A DNA stretch of 63,570 bases, counting the filler, from Craspedostauros australis (taxonomy: Eukaryota), in assembly GCA_030167865.1 (NCBI GenBank). It is 13 parts of 13 records of this genome, joined end to end, with 100 filler letters (N's around TTAATTAATTAA, not from the genome) between each part and the next. Parts side by side here need not be neighbours in the genome. Positions count along the whole stretch, not along the records: positions 35,338 to 49,289 come from JALAGF010004892.1; positions 49,390 to 58,416 come from JALAGF010004893.1; positions 58,517 to 60,261 come from JALAGF010004895.1; positions 60,362 to 62,071 come from JALAGF010004896.1; 9 more parts are not named here. The stretch is one strand, 5' to 3'. Positions 46,944 to 60,763 of this stretch are shown piece by piece (the stretch's first letter is position 1; each line of letters begins with the position of its first letter). A model generated the notes under the pieces. The model had not been told where the DNA came from. It saw only the letters and a list, made by a program, of their open reading frames with translations, and ran no database searches. The position numbers and the translations under genes were made by a program.

Positions 46944-47786
46944 GACATGTATTATACGGACATAGACTGACTCCAACATGTAAGCAATGTTACTAACAAG
47001 CTTGTTGCAATAGGTCGTGCTGCGTTACTTTTCGAAGCGCAAAGCGACGTAGGATGCTGCTGTGGGAGGATATGGAACAGTCATCGGTGGGTCTGCAGAT
47101 AGAGTGGCGCGGCAGAAGCGTGGCAGTGGATATGATGGGAATCACAGCGGAGTGCTCTAGACTGCTCTGCTCTACTCTCTACGAGTATTCTATCAATTCC
47201 CGCCTCAATTCCGGACACATTGCGCATGTCTGTTTGCGTGTCAGTCTTCCCAACCAATCAAATGTCTGTTTCTAAACAATCGGAAACAGTTGTCTGTTTG
47301 TTTTCGTTGCATGCCAAAACCGTTTTGATTAATTGCTGTTCTGTCTGAGGTCATTGAACGAAATTCTGTGCCCATGTTCTGTGCGCGAACGTAAAGAATG
47401 TCGCTCATGTCGATCATGCATGCAGCGAAAGAGAAGACCTCAGACATCGTCACCTCTGGAATGACATTTTCTTTCCAAGTGTCGCGGGTACATCTGTGGC
47501 TTTGAAGTTTCTCACTTCGACATCAATACGAAACTTTGGGCCCTGCAACTTGCGCTTTTGCGTGACCGGGATCGTCGCTCATCACATCCCAAGCATCACG
47601 CAACTTCCATCCAGATCCATCACAAACGAATCAACACATCAATGCATCAATGCATCAACACATGAAGAATGCACTGATGTTCACCGACCCACAAACCTGC
47701 GAATAGGGCAGCACCATTCCTGGCAACATAGATCGAACTCGGACATGACCTCAAATAGCTCGTAGGACTGCACAATTGGGATCAAC

Positions 47787-49289
47787 ATGTGGAAGCAACA
47801 GAGCTCGGAGGCATCAGCCCTCCCACCATTGGCTGCCCACCAACGAAGACCATCGCTCGTGAAGTTGCCCACCCATTCGAGACATTCGTCGCAACGTCAC
47901 CTGGGCAGGAGGTCATCCGCGCATCGTCGGTTGGAGCAACGGGCCTCGTTCTCGTTCATGGGTCGACGCTCTCAGACGGAGTCCGAAGATGATATCACCA
48001 ACAGCACAAACGAGAATACGAACGGCCAGATCGATGATTCCAAGCACGATATCTACAACGTCAGCGACGATGAAGACAGCGACGACGATCTGACAGAGTC
48101 GCAGGGCGGTAGCGATGGCATGTCCAACGGAATGGTGAGTGCAGCAGCAGACCCTCTCGGTCAGAACAAGCTCCAGTTCAATGCATTCGTTGGTCGTGAA
48201 GACGAGCTCGAACGGCTGAACTCCATCTATGATGGCATCCGTGACAACCCATTGGGAAGATCAGCGAACGATGACGGCAGCATTAGTAGCAGCAACAAGG
48301 ACGCACAAATCGTCTTCATCCACGGATACTCCGGATCAGGCAAGTCTGCGTTGGTGGATCGTTTCTTGAGCAGACTGAGCGAGAAGGTGAACACGGATAG
48401 ATCATCACTAAACGACGAATCCATGCACTCAAAAGAAGAGCAAGCGGATGCCGCCATGGGGAGAGGTAATGCAAATGTCCCGGCGATCAAACGAAGGGCC
48501 GATTCGCACCCTTGCCATTTCGGGAAGGGGAAATACGACCAGTACAGCACAGGTGGCAACCTTTCCGCCATCGTGGACGCGCTATCACATTTCTTCCGAC
48601 AGATCCTTGCGCATGCCGATGATGCCGAGTGCGAACGCATCCGGAGGAAGATCTCCAGCAGGATGGATAGCTCACGACAGGGTATGGTGTGCAGAGTTAT
48701 TCCAGGTCTATCGATGCTGCTGATGGAGCACAAACTCGGCAAGACTGGTGAAAGGACGGGTGATGATGCGAGCGGTGCAGCACGCACGCAAACGGTGCAG
48801 AATAGCCAATCCGATACGCCGTTTGCAGAAGGTGATGCACACAGCGCGCGTCAACCCATCGATGATGAATCGGTGCGTGCTCGCTCATGCGACATCATCG
48901 ATCCGTTGAGAGATGAGGACAAGGGCAACTTCGGACCTAAGGCTCGGGAATGGGCTCAGCTGGTGTACGGCATCAAGGCGACCCTGAAAGCCATCTGCAC
49001 GGATGGTCATCCGCTCGTGCTGTATCTGGATGGTGAGTGAAAGGGATGCCGTCGTGCCAGTGTTTGTCTATTCTGCATCGGATGAACAGTACAGTATGGC
49101 TTATCTGCACCTCCATGTGCACATCACGTTGTACGCCACTGCACAAGACCATCTCATTCTCCCCTTCTCGTATTGCACTCATACGCACCTTCACATTCTA
49201 TAACTAGATCTCCAATGGATCGATGAGCGATCTCTCAAACTCATCACGGAGATCCTCCTCGATCCGTCCATCCGCAACCTTCTCATCAT
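47787..49289 (+). CDS. STAND-class (AAA_16) P-loop ATPase, 3'-truncated; intron 49033-49207
   Basis: FVGREDELERL, Walker A GYSGSGKS, GKYDQY. Splicing GTGAGT..TAG reconstitutes Walker B PLVLYLDDLQWID. Confidence 0.88.
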
Positions 49290-49389
49290 NNNNNNNNNNN
49301 NNNNNNNNNNNNNNNNNNNNNNNNNNNNNNNNNTTAATTAATTAANNNNNNNNNNNNNNNNNNNNNNNNNNNNNNNNNNNNNNNNNNNN

Positions 49390-52300
49390 GCGTATCGTTC
49401 AGTACTGCTTGGTATCAGCATCCATAGAATTGGATCCCTTCTAAACTGATCTAGGAATTCAAACTGGGTGACCACACTTTTTGGAGTGTGCTTGGAGTTG
49501 TCCAGTTGGTTGGATCTCTGAAAACGGCCTGTGCAATGCATTGGTATGCATAATGCTGTACAAGGTGATGCGTACCGTGCAGTCTTGTCCAATGCAGAAC
49601 TGCGTGATATCAGCATCCGTATATTTCCATAACTTCCAGACGGATCTAACACTGCAGGCTCCATGGCCGTACTCTTGGGAGTGTGCTTGGAGTGGTGCGG
49701 TTGGTATCAATCTACATTGGTTGAAGCTCAAAGACTTCAACAACAACATCAAGAAGCTGAACAACCACGTTCGCAACCAAGTCTTCACTCTCCAGTCCAA
49801 AGGCGACACAGTTGGCAGCAAAGTCACCTTTGCACTCATCACTGCGTAAAACGCATCATACAATGAGGAGTTTGTCAGCTGCATCCAGCACTGCAGCGAC
49901 TGCGGTACTCCAGACTACATCAGTCTCACGAATACTGCTGAGACCAAGTACCAGAGTGTGGTCAATGCCAGCACATGGAACCGCCTTTCTTGCGACAAGC
50001 AGCTCCTTGCTCTCCGAGCCAAGACGAAGCAGCTCAAAGCGTCACTCACCAAATCATCCAGCAAGCAAGCAAACAACAAGAAGGACAACAAAGGGACAGC
50101 TCGCCACAAGGCAGCTACCACCCTCTTGCCAATCAAGATCCGCCAAAGGGCAACAACCCCAGACACTTTGTCCACCAGGGAACCACCTTCCACTGGTGTG
50201 ACAACCACAAGGCATGGGGCAAGCACAAGACATCCAACTGTCACACCTGATCTGGCAAGCATGCTGAATCCTCCAGGAAGAAGCGCTCACATGACAAGAA
50301 ATCATCCTCATCCAAATCCGCCAAGGTACACACCAAGTCAGCTCCTCACATCCACTTCGACGACGGCAATGGAAACTTCAACAGTAGTCAGCATTCCGCT
50401 CCCAGCAATGGAAACATCAGCGAGAACTGACATGTCAGCATGCCCATCCAGTCAACATTCTCAGTCACAGACCTGCAAGGCGCCTCTGCGATGCAGATGG
50501 CATTGCATTGGATAGGTGATGTGCCAATCGGAATCAACACTTGCATGTTGGCCACAGTCTCTGGACAATGTGGCAACTTCAACAACGATCTTCAACCTAT
50601 CCATGGTATGACCATAGAAGGAGTTGGAGGGTCCATCCCCATCCAATCCAAGGGCACACTGTCATGGACAATACTTGACAATGATGGCAGGCCACTGCGG
50701 ATTAAGATATCCAATGCTTACTACGCGTCACGGCTTCGCATCCAACTGTTTTGTCCACAGCAATGGTCTGACCAAGGTCCCCACGATCACCACGGCAGGC
50801 ACCTGCGTACCTGCGCGACATACAGCAACTACACTGTCCTGCGCTCCGCATGTTGCAAGGTCACAGTATATCATCATCCAGGCACCAACCTGCCTTTGAT
50901 GTCTGTTGTCAACACCAAGCGGCATGCGCCAGCATTCCTTGCTACTTCCAGTCCTCCAAGCAACTCTGAACTTCTCAACATCAACAATGTCCCCGATGAC
51001 ATGATGGAGGTTCACAAAGATCCCAAGGTCGCCAAGTTGAGGCCCGATCCTCTCCAAGACAACAGCACACTGGTCCGTGATCAGTTGGCAACACATCCTG
51101 TTGGTGCGTCTGACGCACAAGGACAGCTACTCCGGTGGCATCATCACTTGGGACACCTACCCTTCCGTGTCTTGCACAACATAGCATCACACAGCATCAT
51201 ACCACGACACTTGGCCAAGGCCGAGTTCCCTCTCTGCTCTGGGTGCATCTATGGCAAAGCCGTCCGTCGGCGCAAGCCAAACCATATCATGCACGTTGTC
51301 AAACGAGCGCGATTCCCAGGGCATATAGTGTCAGTCGATCAGATTTTCTCCTGCCAGCCTGGGGTGCTTCCGCAGCAAAACGGCACGCACACCTGGTCGC
51401 GATACACATGCGTGACAGTGTTTGTTGATCAGTACCTTGGTATTGACTACGTTCACTTGCAGCTCATCCAGTCTGGTGCCAACACACTGCAAGCCAATCA
51501 GGCTTTCGAGCACTATGCTCACTCATTTAGTGTCTGCATACACCACTACCACCCCAACAAAGACAGATTCGCTGAGCAGCTGTTCCGCACAGCTGTCGCA
51601 GCAGCCAATCAAACCATCACATTCTGTGGAGTCAATGCTCACCATCAGAATGGCGTCGCTGAGCGACGCATCCGCAACCTCCAAGAGTCCACTTGCTCGA
51701 TGCTCTTGCATGCGCAGCACCATTGGCCTGATGCCATTCATCCATCTCTATGGCTGTATGCTCTGCGCTACGCCTCCGAGATCCGAAGGAATGCTGCTCG
51801 AGAGGGAGGTATATCGCCACTCCAGCGATTCGCGCAGATTGAGGTCCAACCCTTGATGCAACACTTTCACACATTTGGATGCCCTGTATACATCCTCAAG
51901 GCCGCACTGCAACAGGGATCCCAGGTTCCCAAGTGGAGCAGCCGAGCCAACATCGCCATATTCCTTGGCATATCAGCTGAACATGCGAGCAGCGTACCTA
52001 TCGTTCTCAAGATCGACACAGGGTACATATCGCCACAGTTCCATCTGAACTTCGATGACAGGTTCCAAACGGTCAAGACCAATCCACTCCTGCATCCTGG
52101 CACATCGCAGTGGCAGCGTCTCACACACATCGAGGAACCAGCCGAGCCCTCGCAACAGATTCGCTCCGAATGCATCACATGTGCTGTTCAGCACCAGCTT
52201 TCCACAAGCACGCGTCCTCCAGGGACCACACATGCTGCACCTGACGCCAAGCCATTCCAGCTTGACATGCAGCACAAGTTGCACAACCTTCCGAGGTCCA

Positions 52301-54567
52301 ACCTTTCAAGGCACAGTGTTCCAAGACAACCAGCAAGCTCACCTTCAGAGGGAGCTACGCCATCGCCACACAGAACGCATCACGATCCGCTACATCCGCA
52401 ACAGAATGTGCAGAGACCAACCAGCCTACACTCCAACTCCAGTCATACCACACACACACACACGGCTTGATCCTTCCATGCATCCGACATCCTCAACATG
52501 AACTCAGGCGATCTGCACCCCGTGTAATTTGCAACAACACTTGCAGACGATGACACAATGTACTGGAGGCAAATGCAGACGCAGCCTGACCGCGACAAAT
52601 TCATCGAGGCAATGCACAAGGAAATCGAAGACCACCAATTCAGACAACATTGGGAGGCTGTTCAACGCAATCACGTGCCAAAAGGGCACAAGATCCTCAA
52701 AGCCATCTGGTCATTCAAACGCAAACGCAGACTTGCAACTGGCAAAATCTACAAGTGGAAAGCACGACTATGCGTGCATGGAGGAGAGCAACAATATGAT
52801 GTCAACTACTGGGAAACATTTGCACCTGTTGTGCAATGGTCCACCATCCAGACATTCCTCACCATGGCCTTCCAACGGCACTGGCACACTTGCCAAATCG
52901 ACTTTGTTCTGGCGTTCCCACAAGCGGATGTGGAATGCGACATCTTCATGCAAGTACCTCAGGGGTGCAACGTGGACGGAGACAGCAGGTCTCACATTGT
53001 CAAGCTCAAGAATCATCTGTACAGCACCAAGCAAGCAGTATTGGTATGGCATCGGCATGTGGTTGACAGCCTGATGCAGCATGGATTCTAGCAAAGCCAA
53101 GTCGACGAATGTCTTCTCTACAAGGACAACACATCCATTCTGCTGTACGTTGACGATGCCATCATCATTGGCCCACACAAACACGAGATCGATGACATCA
53201 TCGAGCGCCTCAAGGCACGGTTCGCACTAACCAACGAAGGCAACATGAATGAGTATCTGGGCGTTCACATCCAACGTACTGATGACACCATCACACTCAC
53301 ACAACCGCAACTCATAGATCGAATCATACAAGCAGCCAAGATCGATCCTGACTCACCAGGACGAACCTATTCGACGCCAGCCGTCAAACCACTCCTATAC
53401 AAGGACACCGGTGGCCCCGCTGCCACTTGGCGATTCGAATATAGGTCAGTTGTGGGGATGCTCAACTTTCTCACACGATCGACGAGACCTGACATCTGCT
53501 TTGCAGTCCATCAATGCGCACGCTTCATGGCTCATCCAATGAAGCCACACAAAAACGCCATTGAACGGATTGTACGATACCTCGCTCACACACGGGATAT
53601 GGGACTCCACATCTCACCTACCAATGACTCCATTCACTGCTATGCTGATGCAGACTTCGCAGGAGGCTTCACACAAGCCAACAACGACCCCAACACGGCA
53701 ACAAGTCGTACCGGATACGTCGTCCTGTATGCAGGATTCCCCATCATATGGAACTCCAAACTGCAAACAGAAGTCACACTCAGCACCACAGAAGCCAAGT
53801 ACGTGGCTCTCAGCCAAGCTCTAGGAGAGGTTATACCCATCATACACCTCATCAACGAAATGAAGCAACACATATCGTCATTCGACACTTCTCCGCCAAC
53901 AGTTCACTGCACAGCATTTCAGGACAACTCCAGTGCCCTCGACCTCGCAAACGCACCCAGAATGTGTCCTTGTACCAAACACATCAATGTCAAATACTAT
54001 CACTTCCATGAAACTGTCAGCAAAGGGCTCATCACCATCGAAAAGGTCGACATGTTGGACCAGATGGCCGATATATTCACCAAGCCCTTGGCACGTCCAC
54101 TATTCGAATCTCTGCGATTGCAACTATTGGGATGGTAAGCGCGGTCCGCTCGTGTCACCGACAAGAGGAAGTGTGCAGATTTAGTGCCAATTCACGAATC
54201 TGGCCGAATCCGAACAATGAGTGTCAATGGACAGACGATACCGCACAAACCACGAGTAGGATCCACACTGAGCAAATGACCGCCCTGCATGGACATAATT
54301 TTCAGAACAGACAGGTTTCACCCCATCTCCCACACCTCCGGTCACGTGAAAACCTGCACAAAGATTTGATCGTGCAGAAATGTTTGCATATGAGAAGACA
54401 CTTCTTCAACCACTGACCTCCAACCAAAACGAGAAACCGAATAGAGAATGGCTCGGGTTTGGGAGAAGTGCAAACCGAATCATCTCGAAATGCATGAATA
54501 CGATCGACCAAGAGGTGCAGACAGCAGAAGAGAGAGATAGCTCAAGTAGTCATAATTTGGTGTTACA
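49390..54567 (+). mobile_element. Near-complete degenerate CoDi-like Ty1/Copia: gag, PR, IN, RT, RH, PPT at 54160-54171, 3' LTR from 54172 (end approximate)
   Basis: WCDNHKAWGKHKTSNC knuckle, WHHHLGH..CSGC, QNGVAERRI, KWKARLCVHG, YVDD, YADADFAG, ADIFTKPL. Several stops and frameshifts. Confidence 0.92.
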
Positions 54568-54659
54568 TCCACAACAACAACATCCATCATCATTAGCAAA
54601 ACAACATCAATTGTATGAACATCAATCGTCCGCCGGCATAAGGCAACAAGACGATGACT

Positions 54660-55262
54660 ATTCTTAGCATAGACGGCGAACTGAGGAAGAAACAATTCGA
54701 CATTGCTCAGGTACGGTAAGGCAATGGCATGGAAGTAGGTGTAGAAAGTACAAACAATGCAGGAGATGCAAATGCTGTCCATACTTAATCTCAGTTCCAT
54801 GTCACAGAAACGTCCACAATGTGCCAGATGGTACAGCATGAGCAGCAATCCCATTTCATAGGATACCGAGTATCAGTTCTTGACCTGAATGCAAGCAGGG
54901 TCATTCTCACCAGACACTGCCTGGAACTTTGGCCAGAGACAGTCAGCCAAGCGTTGGAGGTAGCATGATTGGAAGCGGAAGTGAGGAATAGCTTCGGTGT
55001 CAGCCAATTCTGAGATGGCAATGTTTCTGTTCGTATACAAAGGAGGAGGACCCAATGGACCGAGATAGAGCTGCTGCATCTCCAGCACATGGCAGCCTAA
55101 TGCGATAACGTGACTGTAGTACTCCACAAGAATGGCGACACCAGCGTAGTTCAGGCCCTGCACATCAATCTGCGAAAGCTGATTCACAGCCTCAACAAAT
55201 CGATCGTGGGCTTCTTGCAATGCCTGCCTCTCAGGAAGGGAGTGCCAAATACGTAGCACCAT
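54660..55262 (-). pseudogene. PIF/Harbinger (DDE_Tnp_4-type) transposase N-terminal fragment
   Basis: HFRF...LQRLADCL, EMGLLLMLYHLA...RFCDME...IS.IV..F pattern; stop at 54873. Confidence 0.65.
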
Positions 55263-58066
55263 TAGAATGAGAAGGACCAGCTATAGTGCGTGGAGAAAGG
55301 TTGTATATGCGAAAGCGTGGTGAACGCGGAAGAATTGAACAAACCACGAGTATAGCATCACGTGCAGTGTGGAGGAAATTTGTCATGCAGGTACCAACAA
55401 CCGGAAGGAGGTGATGTGTCGACAGAGGCATCAGCAAATGTGATGTTTTTCAGCACGAATCAAACCGAACGTGACTAAATTAATCGCACAGTTTTGGCGC
55501 GAACGCAATATCGCTCGAGTTAATCCAAGCAGGGTTCTGTCACGAATCAGTCCTGTGCGTTTTTCGTACTCGAGAGTTAATGCGAACCGCGACATGACAC
55601 AGGGGCCGGGGGAACAGAATGCGAAAGTCCTCTATTGGGGCCAAAAACAGCCGAAATGTGTGCCAGTTCGCACGACTGTAGACACGTCTGACTTCAGCTT
55701 CGAGCGCCTTGCTGTGAGTCCGTCTGAGAGAGGAAAAAAGAACATTTTCGCCGCTCGCCGACGTCCAACTTGAAGACAATGACGAGTCGCATCCATGTCC
55801 GATCGAAAGCTAAAAANNNNNNNNNNNNNNNNNNNNNNNNNNNNNNNNNNNNNNNNNNNNNNNNNNNNNNNNNNNNNNNNNNNNNNNNNNNNNNNNNNNN
55901 NNNNNNNNNNNNNNNNNNNNNNAGAGGAACATCATATTAAATTTATAGGGAAATCTGAGAGGACTTCCCGAGAAAGGTGTACTATTTTCGCTCAGGCGGG
56001 TCATAATAGCATACATGCATGGCCAGTCCGCTCCTGGGAACCACTCGTTGTCGTTGTCGTTGTCGTTGTCGCCGACCGAAGACGAGGCTCGTCTCAGCAA
56101 TCCCGCCGATCGACTTACCTATTCCCTTCATTCCTGGTACAACCCATCTCTTCCTCTCTCGCGGAACACCATCTCCGCAATGGCGGGAACAGCTGGAGGA
56201 GCGAGACGTGGTGCTGTTTGTCGATCTCGCAGCGTTGGTTTGGGGGTTCCGCAAGCACCTTCGATGTTGTGGTGTTGTGGTGGAGCTCGGATTTGTTTCC
56301 ACGTTGTTGTTCTCGAATACTCTTGCGGTATCCAAGTCGTTTGAACGTGAGAATGCTTGCATCTACCGCAGCCTTCATTGTGTCCGAGTTTGATGAACAT
56401 GACAGGTCCTCCAACAAGGAACGACCACAGAAACAGAACAACAAGGAACAGAACTTCCACCACAAAAGAACGAGAAAGAAACGTCGAGGGCAAGATGCCA
56501 CAACAACATCAACATCGCCCAAGAGAAACATCAACATGGGAGAAGAGAGACGTGTGGGCGCGTGACTTTGCTGCTGTCTTTCTCACTCCGAAAACAACAC
56601 GACACGATTGCACACGGCCACGACGAGGTGATTTCGCGCCGCGCGGAGCGACGCTCCGTTGTCTCCATACGCGAAATCCAAAAGGGTGCTAACGCCTTTG
56701 CTGTCCGCCTTCCATGAGCATGTTCCCCACCACCCATACGATCACTTTCGGCATTCGCGGTATTCTTCAGACTCAGGAGGAGCGAGGCGAAGCTGGGTTC
56801 TCTCCGAGAGAGGCCGGGAGCAACAAGCGTAAGCCGCAACCGGTCGGAGATCAGATGCGCGAAACGCTGTTGTGGCAGCAACATCCTTTCGTGTTTCAGA
56901 CCCATGACGGTACGAGCCACGAGCTACTCCGAGCGATGATCGTGCTGGTCCGGTTGGATACTTTGGCGCATCATGCACCATCACCATCGTTGTTGTCATC
57001 ATCATTATGATGAGGCGAACCAAACGTACTTGCAACAAGGGAGCACCTGCGCATGAACAACAGCAACTGACAGCGACAGCGAGCAGTTGGACATCGAAGG
57101 AAGGAAGAGGAAAAGGAGGAGCATCGAGGAACCAATCCATCGTCTACCCCATGGAACGACTTTCAGCACTTGTGGCGTTGGTGAGGCTCGTGGAAGTTGG
57201 GCTGCTGCCCACTCTACTTGGCCTTCACAATGGGCTTGGTGTCGAAGCGGGTGCATTTGCTGTACCATCGAGACAGGCAAGTTCCGTCCATCCCCTCTTT
57301 GTGTGGTCAAAGCATGTTTGGGATCGCCGTCTGACACCCAAGAGCACAATCATCCGCGTGGAGAATCATGTCGACACATATGCGTAAATGGAAGAGAAGT
57401 GCGTGCATAGGTGTTGGTTGTGAGGCCATTGGGATTTATTATGATTCATGCACGACGATCTGAGGCAAACAGCGCCACAGGAAAGATGGGAGACGAGAAC
57501 GGGATGGTGTGATTTGTGGATCTTGGTCGTGCTTCGGGCGCCATGACAGAGTGAGTATCTTGGTGATGATGCAAACAGGAAACCAAGGACATATTTCACT
57601 CGCGCAGTAGTGTCATCACCGACGCGTACGCGTACAGCTACATTGCAAACGGCTTCCGTTCTTTTGTTCTTTGTGTTCATTGACGGGGTTGGACTTGTGT
57701 CAATGTGATGTTTGGCGGGTCTGGACAAGTCCACAATCTTCGCCCTGTTTCTCTTTGTGGATTGGCTCTGTTGTCGTGTTGTTGTTGGCTTTGTCTTTGG
57801 CTCCACTGCTCTCGCCGTGTCAATCCACAAAGGTGCTTCTCTGCCAGCTGTGCGCTTCGAGTATCACGGTGGTTCTTTCCAACTCAGCCCCTCTGGAGGC
57901 TTCCCACCTTGACACCTCAACTCGCTTTCCACTTCCCACAACATTGATCTCATAAAAACATTTTATACATCGCCATCACCATCGCAGACATCAGCATCCG
58001 AAGCGCAAAGTAGCATTTCCAATCTCCATCCCTCTTCACATACCAGTCCGAGTACGCTTCTCCAAC

Positions 58067-58416
58067 ATGCTGAATCAGAAAGAGCAAAGCAGTGCCATGG
58101 AGGTCCCATCGGTCGATCTCCACCAACTCGACATCCACAACGAGCTCGGATCAGGGAGCTACTGCGTTGTCTACTCCGCACGATGCCAGCAAATGCTACA
58201 AACACCGCAAACAGCAAGCGCGCCGCAACTGGATCGGCACGCGAGAGTCGCAGTCAAGATGATCAAGGGAGACGTCCGCAAGTTCCGTCCCGCCCTCGCA
58301 GAGATGGTGCGTGGTGATCTGATCACTGAGAGAGACATTCTGTCGCAAATCGACCATCCCAACATCATCAAGGTTCACGCCGCATCCCATTCTTTGACGA
58401 AGTCACAACCATCAGC
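58067..58416 (+). CDS. Protein kinase N-lobe, truncated
   Basis: LGSGSYCVVY, VAVK, E in helix C (LITERDIL), HPNIIKV. Confidence 0.88.
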
Positions 58417-58516
58417 NNNNNNNNNNNNNNNNNNNNNNNNNNNNNNNNNNNNNNNNNNNNTTAATTAATTAANNNNNNNNNNNNNNNNNNNNNNNNNNNN
58501 NNNNNNNNNNNNNNNN

Positions 58517-59338
58517 CGACCAGGTACATTGGGCAGCCGTCGCGGGAGCGTTGCAAGGCCTTGACCACACAAAGAAGATTCTCTCAATCAAGCTCATAGC
58601 TGGAGAGGCGGCTGCAGGCCAACAAATGAAGCGATGGGGCCTGTGCGACTCTGATAAGTGTCCCAATTGTGGGGAACGGGAGAGCAGTGAGCACTTTTGG
58701 GAATGCAGAGACCGGGCGAGAGTGCAAGTGGCGACCAGGCACGTGGCAAGCATATGCGGCTGGATGCAGAAATATCCCACAAGCCCGGACGTCATGCAGG
58801 CGATAGTTTCAGCGCTGTGCAGCCAAATCAGCACCATGGTCCTGTTACGTCCGGCGGATATGAGTGCGGGCATGCAGACAGCGTTGGGAAGCCAGCAGTC
58901 CATAGCAGCGACGGCCTTGCGAAAGGGTTTGGTCTCCGAACAATGGAGTATCCTCCAAGGTCAATTTCTGAAAAGTCAGGACATGGAAAAACGGCCAGAA
59001 AGTGGTCAGCACAACTCATTCGACGAATCTGGAAAATAGCGTGGGAGCAATGGCGGCTTCGGAACGAAGCGCAGTTTCATCAAGAAGACTCGGTCGAAGC
59101 CGAAATGGAGCAAGCTTTGCAGCAGCGAGTAGCTTCAGGTCGGTGTCACCTCGAGGAAGTTCAGCCAAGCCACGAGCGGATGGTCCGCACAGCTCCAGGA
59201 AGGGAGGCGCTGGTACAACAGGCCACGGTTTGGCTGGAGCAGGCTGCACGAATATTGGCGGAGCTGATTGCCCATGGTACATTGCTCCGCTGGATTCAAT
59301 ACAAGCAGCACGCCCAGCCCGATCCCAGTGGAAGTTAG
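58517..59338 (+). mobile_element. Non-LTR retrotransposon C-terminal region with CCHC zinc finger, frameshifted
   Basis: CPNCGERESSEHFWEC; KWSAQLIRRIWKIAWEQWRLRN. Confidence 0.7.
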
Positions 59339-59622
59339 CAGGGTCGCCGAGGGAGCTCGTCCAGTGTCATGATGCATGTCAAACAGTGCAAGTAACTACG
59401 AAAGACGTATTGGCCCGTTGTTTCGTGCCCTGGTCGGAGCTCTTGTTGTTTATTTGTGAGTGCTGTCCGAAGACAGCCCCCGACCAGTATTTGACTANNN
59501 NNNNNNNNNNNNNNNNNNNNNNNNNNNNNNNNNNNNNNNNNNNNNNNNNNNNNNNNNNNNNNNNNNNNNNNNNNNNNNNNNNNNNNNNNNNNNNNNNNNN
59601 NNNNNNNNNNNNNNNNNNNNNN

Positions 59623-60261
59623 TTCGTGAGCATATCTGCAAAGTTCCGCTTCGATGGGACATAGACTGGGACAAGGATTCCAGCTCCCACCGCTTCGCGG
59701 ACTCTGTGGAATGATATTGCCACGTGCTTCTTTTGAAGCAAGCTGTCTGCAATGGTCGTGTTCGATATCACTGCATTGTTGTCGCCGAATGTGATCGTTG
59801 GCGCTTTGACTGTGACTCCCAGAGATCGGAGTGCGTATCGGAGTGCAATGATTTCCTCGGTTGCCGAGCGCATTGCATTGAATTCTGCTCCGTATGTTGA
59901 NNNNNNNNNNNNNNNNNNNNNNNNNNNNNNNNNNNNNNNNNNNNNNNNNNNNNNNNNNNNNNNNNNNNNNNNNNNNNNNNNNNNNNNNNNNNNNNNNNNN
60001 NNNNNNNNNNNNNNNNNNNNNNNNNNNNNNNNNNNNNNNNNNNNNNNNNNNNNNNNNNNNNNNNNNNNNNNNNNNNNNNNNNNNNNNNNNNNNNNNNNNN
60101 NNNNNNNNNNNNNNNNNNNNGGGTTGGGCGATTCTGGATTGAAGTTCTCGAATGCGATGGGTTTTGAGTCGATCATTGTTCTCAGCGTGGATTTGCTCTT
60201 GAGGTATCCCCATATCTTAAGTGCTCTCGTGAGATGCCCTTTTCGTGGTGTTGATGTGAAA
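59623..60261 (-). mobile_element. CoDi-type Copia RNase H fragment
   Basis: STYGAEF, GDNNAV, KKHVAISFHRVREAV, NFADMLT. Confidence 0.9.
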
Positions 60262-60361
60262 NNNNNNNNNNNNNNNNNNNNNNNNNNNNNNNNNNNNNNN
60301 NNNNNTTAATTAATTAANNNNNNNNNNNNNNNNNNNNNNNNNNNNNNNNNNNNNNNNNNNN

Positions 60362-60763
60362 GGGTCTTTCTTCATCTCTGTCTGATCCTGTCTGCCTTGA
60401 TCTCTGTTTGATTACATAAGGGTTGATCCGTCTACGTCGGCGGGGAGCTTGCATCATCCCTGACGATGTTGTTCTGGATCCTAAGTATTGTTGCCACGTG
60501 CTCGATGATGCACTCGGCATGGCTAGACAGGTCAGCGTACCATGACTAAAACANNNNNNNNNNNNNNNNNNNNNNNNNNNNNNNNNNNNNNNNNNNNNNN
60601 NNNNNNNNNNNNNNNNNNNNNNNNNNNNNNNNNNNNNNNNNNNNNNNNTCAATCGTGTATCAAGACTCACTCGACTATACTCTCAAATCGAGTCGAATCA
60701 AAAAATAGTGAATCACGTTTCAGTCATGGGAGATGGGTACCTAATTTCGATCTAGATGTTGAT
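60362..60763. mobile_element. LTR of the 7423-8131 family abutting a Copia RT
   Basis: High similarity to 7728-8131 with the same TGTTGATA end. Confidence 0.8.

Noticed and set aside
55923..57950. Multiple 100-250 aa ORFs on both strands
   Set aside because: Low-complexity, no motifs; coding status cannot be supported.
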